Below the pieces are notes generated by a model. The model was not told the origin of the DNA. It made no database searches and saw nothing but the letters and a program-made list of their open reading frames with translations. Positions 62,391 through 64,000 of a DNA stretch of 64,000 bases are shown here, in pieces. The DNA lies in NCBI GenBank assembly GCA_009929795.1, contig RZZR01000003.1:3747-67746 (forward strand). The letters run 5' to 3'. The translations under genes and the position numbers were made by a program. The stretch is from Deltaproteobacteria bacterium. GTDB taxonomy: Bacteria > Desulfobacterota > Desulfovibrionia > Desulfovibrionales > Desulfomicrobiaceae. Numbering within the stretch: position 1 is the stretch's first letter; every line of letters begins with the position of its first letter.

Positions 62391-64000
62391 CTATCCGCAC
62401 TTGGTGTAGCCGCAGGAAGCGCAGACGAAGCATCCCTCCTGAAAGACCAGGGGCTGGGAGCACTCCGGGCACTGGGCCTCCTTTAAATCGTTGGCCTTGG
62501 ACTTCGGGGTCCGGCCGGACATGTACCGGTTCTCCAGGACCCAGGCCACGGCGTCGGGGATGGAGAGAAGCATGCCTTTTTTCTGAAAGACGGGATGCTC
62601 TCCCCCGATGCCCTTGAGCTGCTTGACCACCTCCTCCACCGGGATGCCTGAACGGAGGATCAAGGACACCAGCCGACCGATGGCTTCGGCCTTGGCCGTT
62701 ATGGACCGACCCGAACGCCCGATGGTGGCGAAAACCTCGAAAGGTTTGCCTTCCTCATGTTCGTTGACCGTGAGGTAGAGCTCGCCCAGGCCGGTCTTCA
62801 CCTTCTGGGTGAATCCGTACATGATCTCAGGACGCTCCTTTACCGCCCTGGACTCGGCCCGGCCCTCCTCCTTGGTCCGGTCGCCGGTGCAGAGGACCTG
62901 GACGCTCTTACAGCCGTCCCGGTACACGGTCACGCCCTTGCAGCCATTCTCGTAAGCCATCCAGTAGATGGCCCAGATATCTTCCTGGGTGGCCGAATTG
63001 GGGAGGTTCACGGTCTTGGAAACGGCATTGTCCGTGAATTTCTGGAAGGCGGCCTGCATCTTCAAGTGCCACTCCGGGGCGATGTCCATGGCCGTGACGA
63101 ACACTTTTCGAATCTCGTCCGGCAGATATTCAACATGTTGGACCGTGCCCTTGGCCGTGACCTCATCCATAAGCTTGGCGCTGTATGCCCCGGAGTTCTC
63201 CAGGGCCTTGACGAAATGCCGATTGGCCTCCAGCAGGCGCTCCCCGTCCAGAACCTGACGGACAAAACTCAAGGCAAACAGGGGTTCGACCCCCGACGAG
63301 CATCCGGCGATGATGGACAGGGTTCCGGTGGGGGCGATGGTCGTGGTCGTGGCATTCCGGTAGGGGCCGAGATTCTGACTTTTATAGACCGAGGACTCGA
63401 ATGAAGGAAACGGTTCCCGATCCATTGCCAGGCTTTTGGATGCCGACCGCGCCTCGGACTGCAAGAAATCCATGACCCGCTCGGCCAGACGAAGGGCCCG
63501 CTGGCTGTTGTACGGGATGCCCAGCTGGAAAAGCAAATCGGCCCAGCCCATGAGCCCCAGTCCGATCTTCCGGTTCCGCTTCACGGTCTCGGTAATTTTG
63601 GGCAGGGGATAGACCGAAGCGTCGATGACGTTGTCCAGAAAGTGGACGCTCAAATGAATGGCGTTTTTCAGTCCTTCCCAATCGACCCCGTCGTCGGACT
63701 CGGCATCGTGGAAACGCTCCAGATTGATGGATCCGAGATTGCAGGCCTCATAGGGAAGCAGCGGCTGCTCGCCGCAATTATGGACCACCAGACCGCAGGC
63801 ATCGAAACGGTTCGCCCCGGGAACCTGGACGTCGAAGACTTCTTCTACATTTTCCGGGATAAGTTCCAGAAACTCGGCCAGAAACCGCTCGCGATTGGGG
63901 GTGCGCCGATATCCTGCCAACCTGGTGTTCAAAGTCGATTGCTTGGTCTCGTCGTTAAAACCGACAACATCTCTGAAGCGGAACAGGTTATCCCGGGAGA
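62391..64000 (-). CDS. nrdJ: Adenosylcobalamin-dependent (class II) ribonucleotide reductase NrdJ, 3' portion; the reading frame continues past the window end and includes an intein
   Basis: CGEQPLLPYEACNLGSINL catalytic motif and a C-terminal zinc ribbon CPECSQPLVFQEGCFVCASCGYTKCG. The frame is open from 64000, and the listed TTG start at 63932 is internal. Confidence 0.85.
   Translation of the reverse strand, partial: SRDNLFRFRDVVGFNDETKQSTLNTRLAGYRRTPNRERFLAEFLELIPENVEEVFDVQVPGANRFDACGLVVHNCGEQPLLPYEACNLGSINLERFHDAESDDGVDWEGLKNAIHLSVHFLDNVIDASVYPLPKITETVKRNRKIGLGLMGWADLLFQLGIPYNSQRALRLAERVMDFLQSEARSASKSLAMDREPFPSFESSVYKSQNLGPYRNATTTTIAPTGTLSIIAGCSSGVEPLFALSFVRQVLDGERLLEANRHFVKALENSGAYSAKLMDEVTAKGTVQHVEYLPDEIRKVFVTAMDIAPEWHLKMQAAFQKFTDNAVSKTVNLPNSATQEDIWAIYWMAYENGCKGVTVYRDGCKSVQVLCTGDRTKEEGRAESRAVKERPEIMYGFTQKVKTGLGELYLTVNEHEEGKPFEVFATIGRSGRSITAKAEAIGRLVSLILRSGIPVEEVVKQLKGIGGEHPVFQKKGMLLSIPDAVAWVLENRYMSGRTPKSKANDLKEAQCPECSQPLVFQEGCFVCASCGYTKCG
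63777..64000 (-). mobile_element. C-terminal part of an intein inserted in NrdJ (splice junction HN|C at 63777|63776)
   Basis: ...NVEEVFDVQVPGANRFDACGLVVHN|CGEQPL. These are the classic intein blocks F/G (hVaDh.V....NFhA.GhhVHN) directly followed by the +1 Cys of the conserved NrdJ CGEQ motif. Confidence 0.8.

Overview
GC-rich, densely coding chromosomal window of about 60 genes. I recognised no rRNA, tRNA, CRISPR array, transposase or integrase. Gene content points to a sulfate-reducing Desulfovibrionales-type deltaproteobacterium: Qrc menaquinone reductase, Flx-Hdr genes, and Desulfovibrio-like flagellar genes.

Layout:
(1) 1-11.2 kb, + strand: a Tad/Flp pilus module (tadB, rlpA-like, flp, tadC, DUF192, TPR lipoprotein, CpaF-type ATPase). 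It is interleaved with three FHA-domain membrane proteins and followed by a Hanks Ser/Thr kinase and a LysM lipoprotein.
(2) 12.3-17.0 kb, - strand: qrcABCD.
(3) 17.1-18.6 kb: an orphan rmlC and msrB.
(4) 18.5-27.6 kb, - strand: a flxDCBA-hdrCBA-like operon. Its HdrA is a tandem-module selenoprotein (in-frame UGA), and its HdrC is fused to a cytochrome-b-like membrane domain.
(5) 27.6-32 kb: acyl-CoA ligase, NfeD/SPFH pair, rnc.
(6) 32-46.2 kb: a flagellar block with flagellin, flaG, flgE, flgD, fliK, two glycosyltransferases, motBA, FapA, and a STAS plus REC-PP2C-kinase partner-switching pair.
(7) 46.2-53.3 kb: dtd, queD, dnaE, hypothetical and LysM proteins.
(8) 53.5-57.1 kb: pgm, comEA, cvpA, mazG.
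(9) 57.1-64 kb, - strand: serB, ftsXE, a REC-TPR/GAF-kinase pair, and the 3' part of a class II ribonucleotide reductase. The reductase carries the C-terminal end of an intein at its catalytic Cys.

Best candidates for something undescribed:
- the FHA/kinase-decorated Tad system
- the membrane-anchored Sec-containing Flx-Hdr variant
- the partner-switching module wired into the motor operon

All calls rest on motif recognition by eye. No database searches were run.
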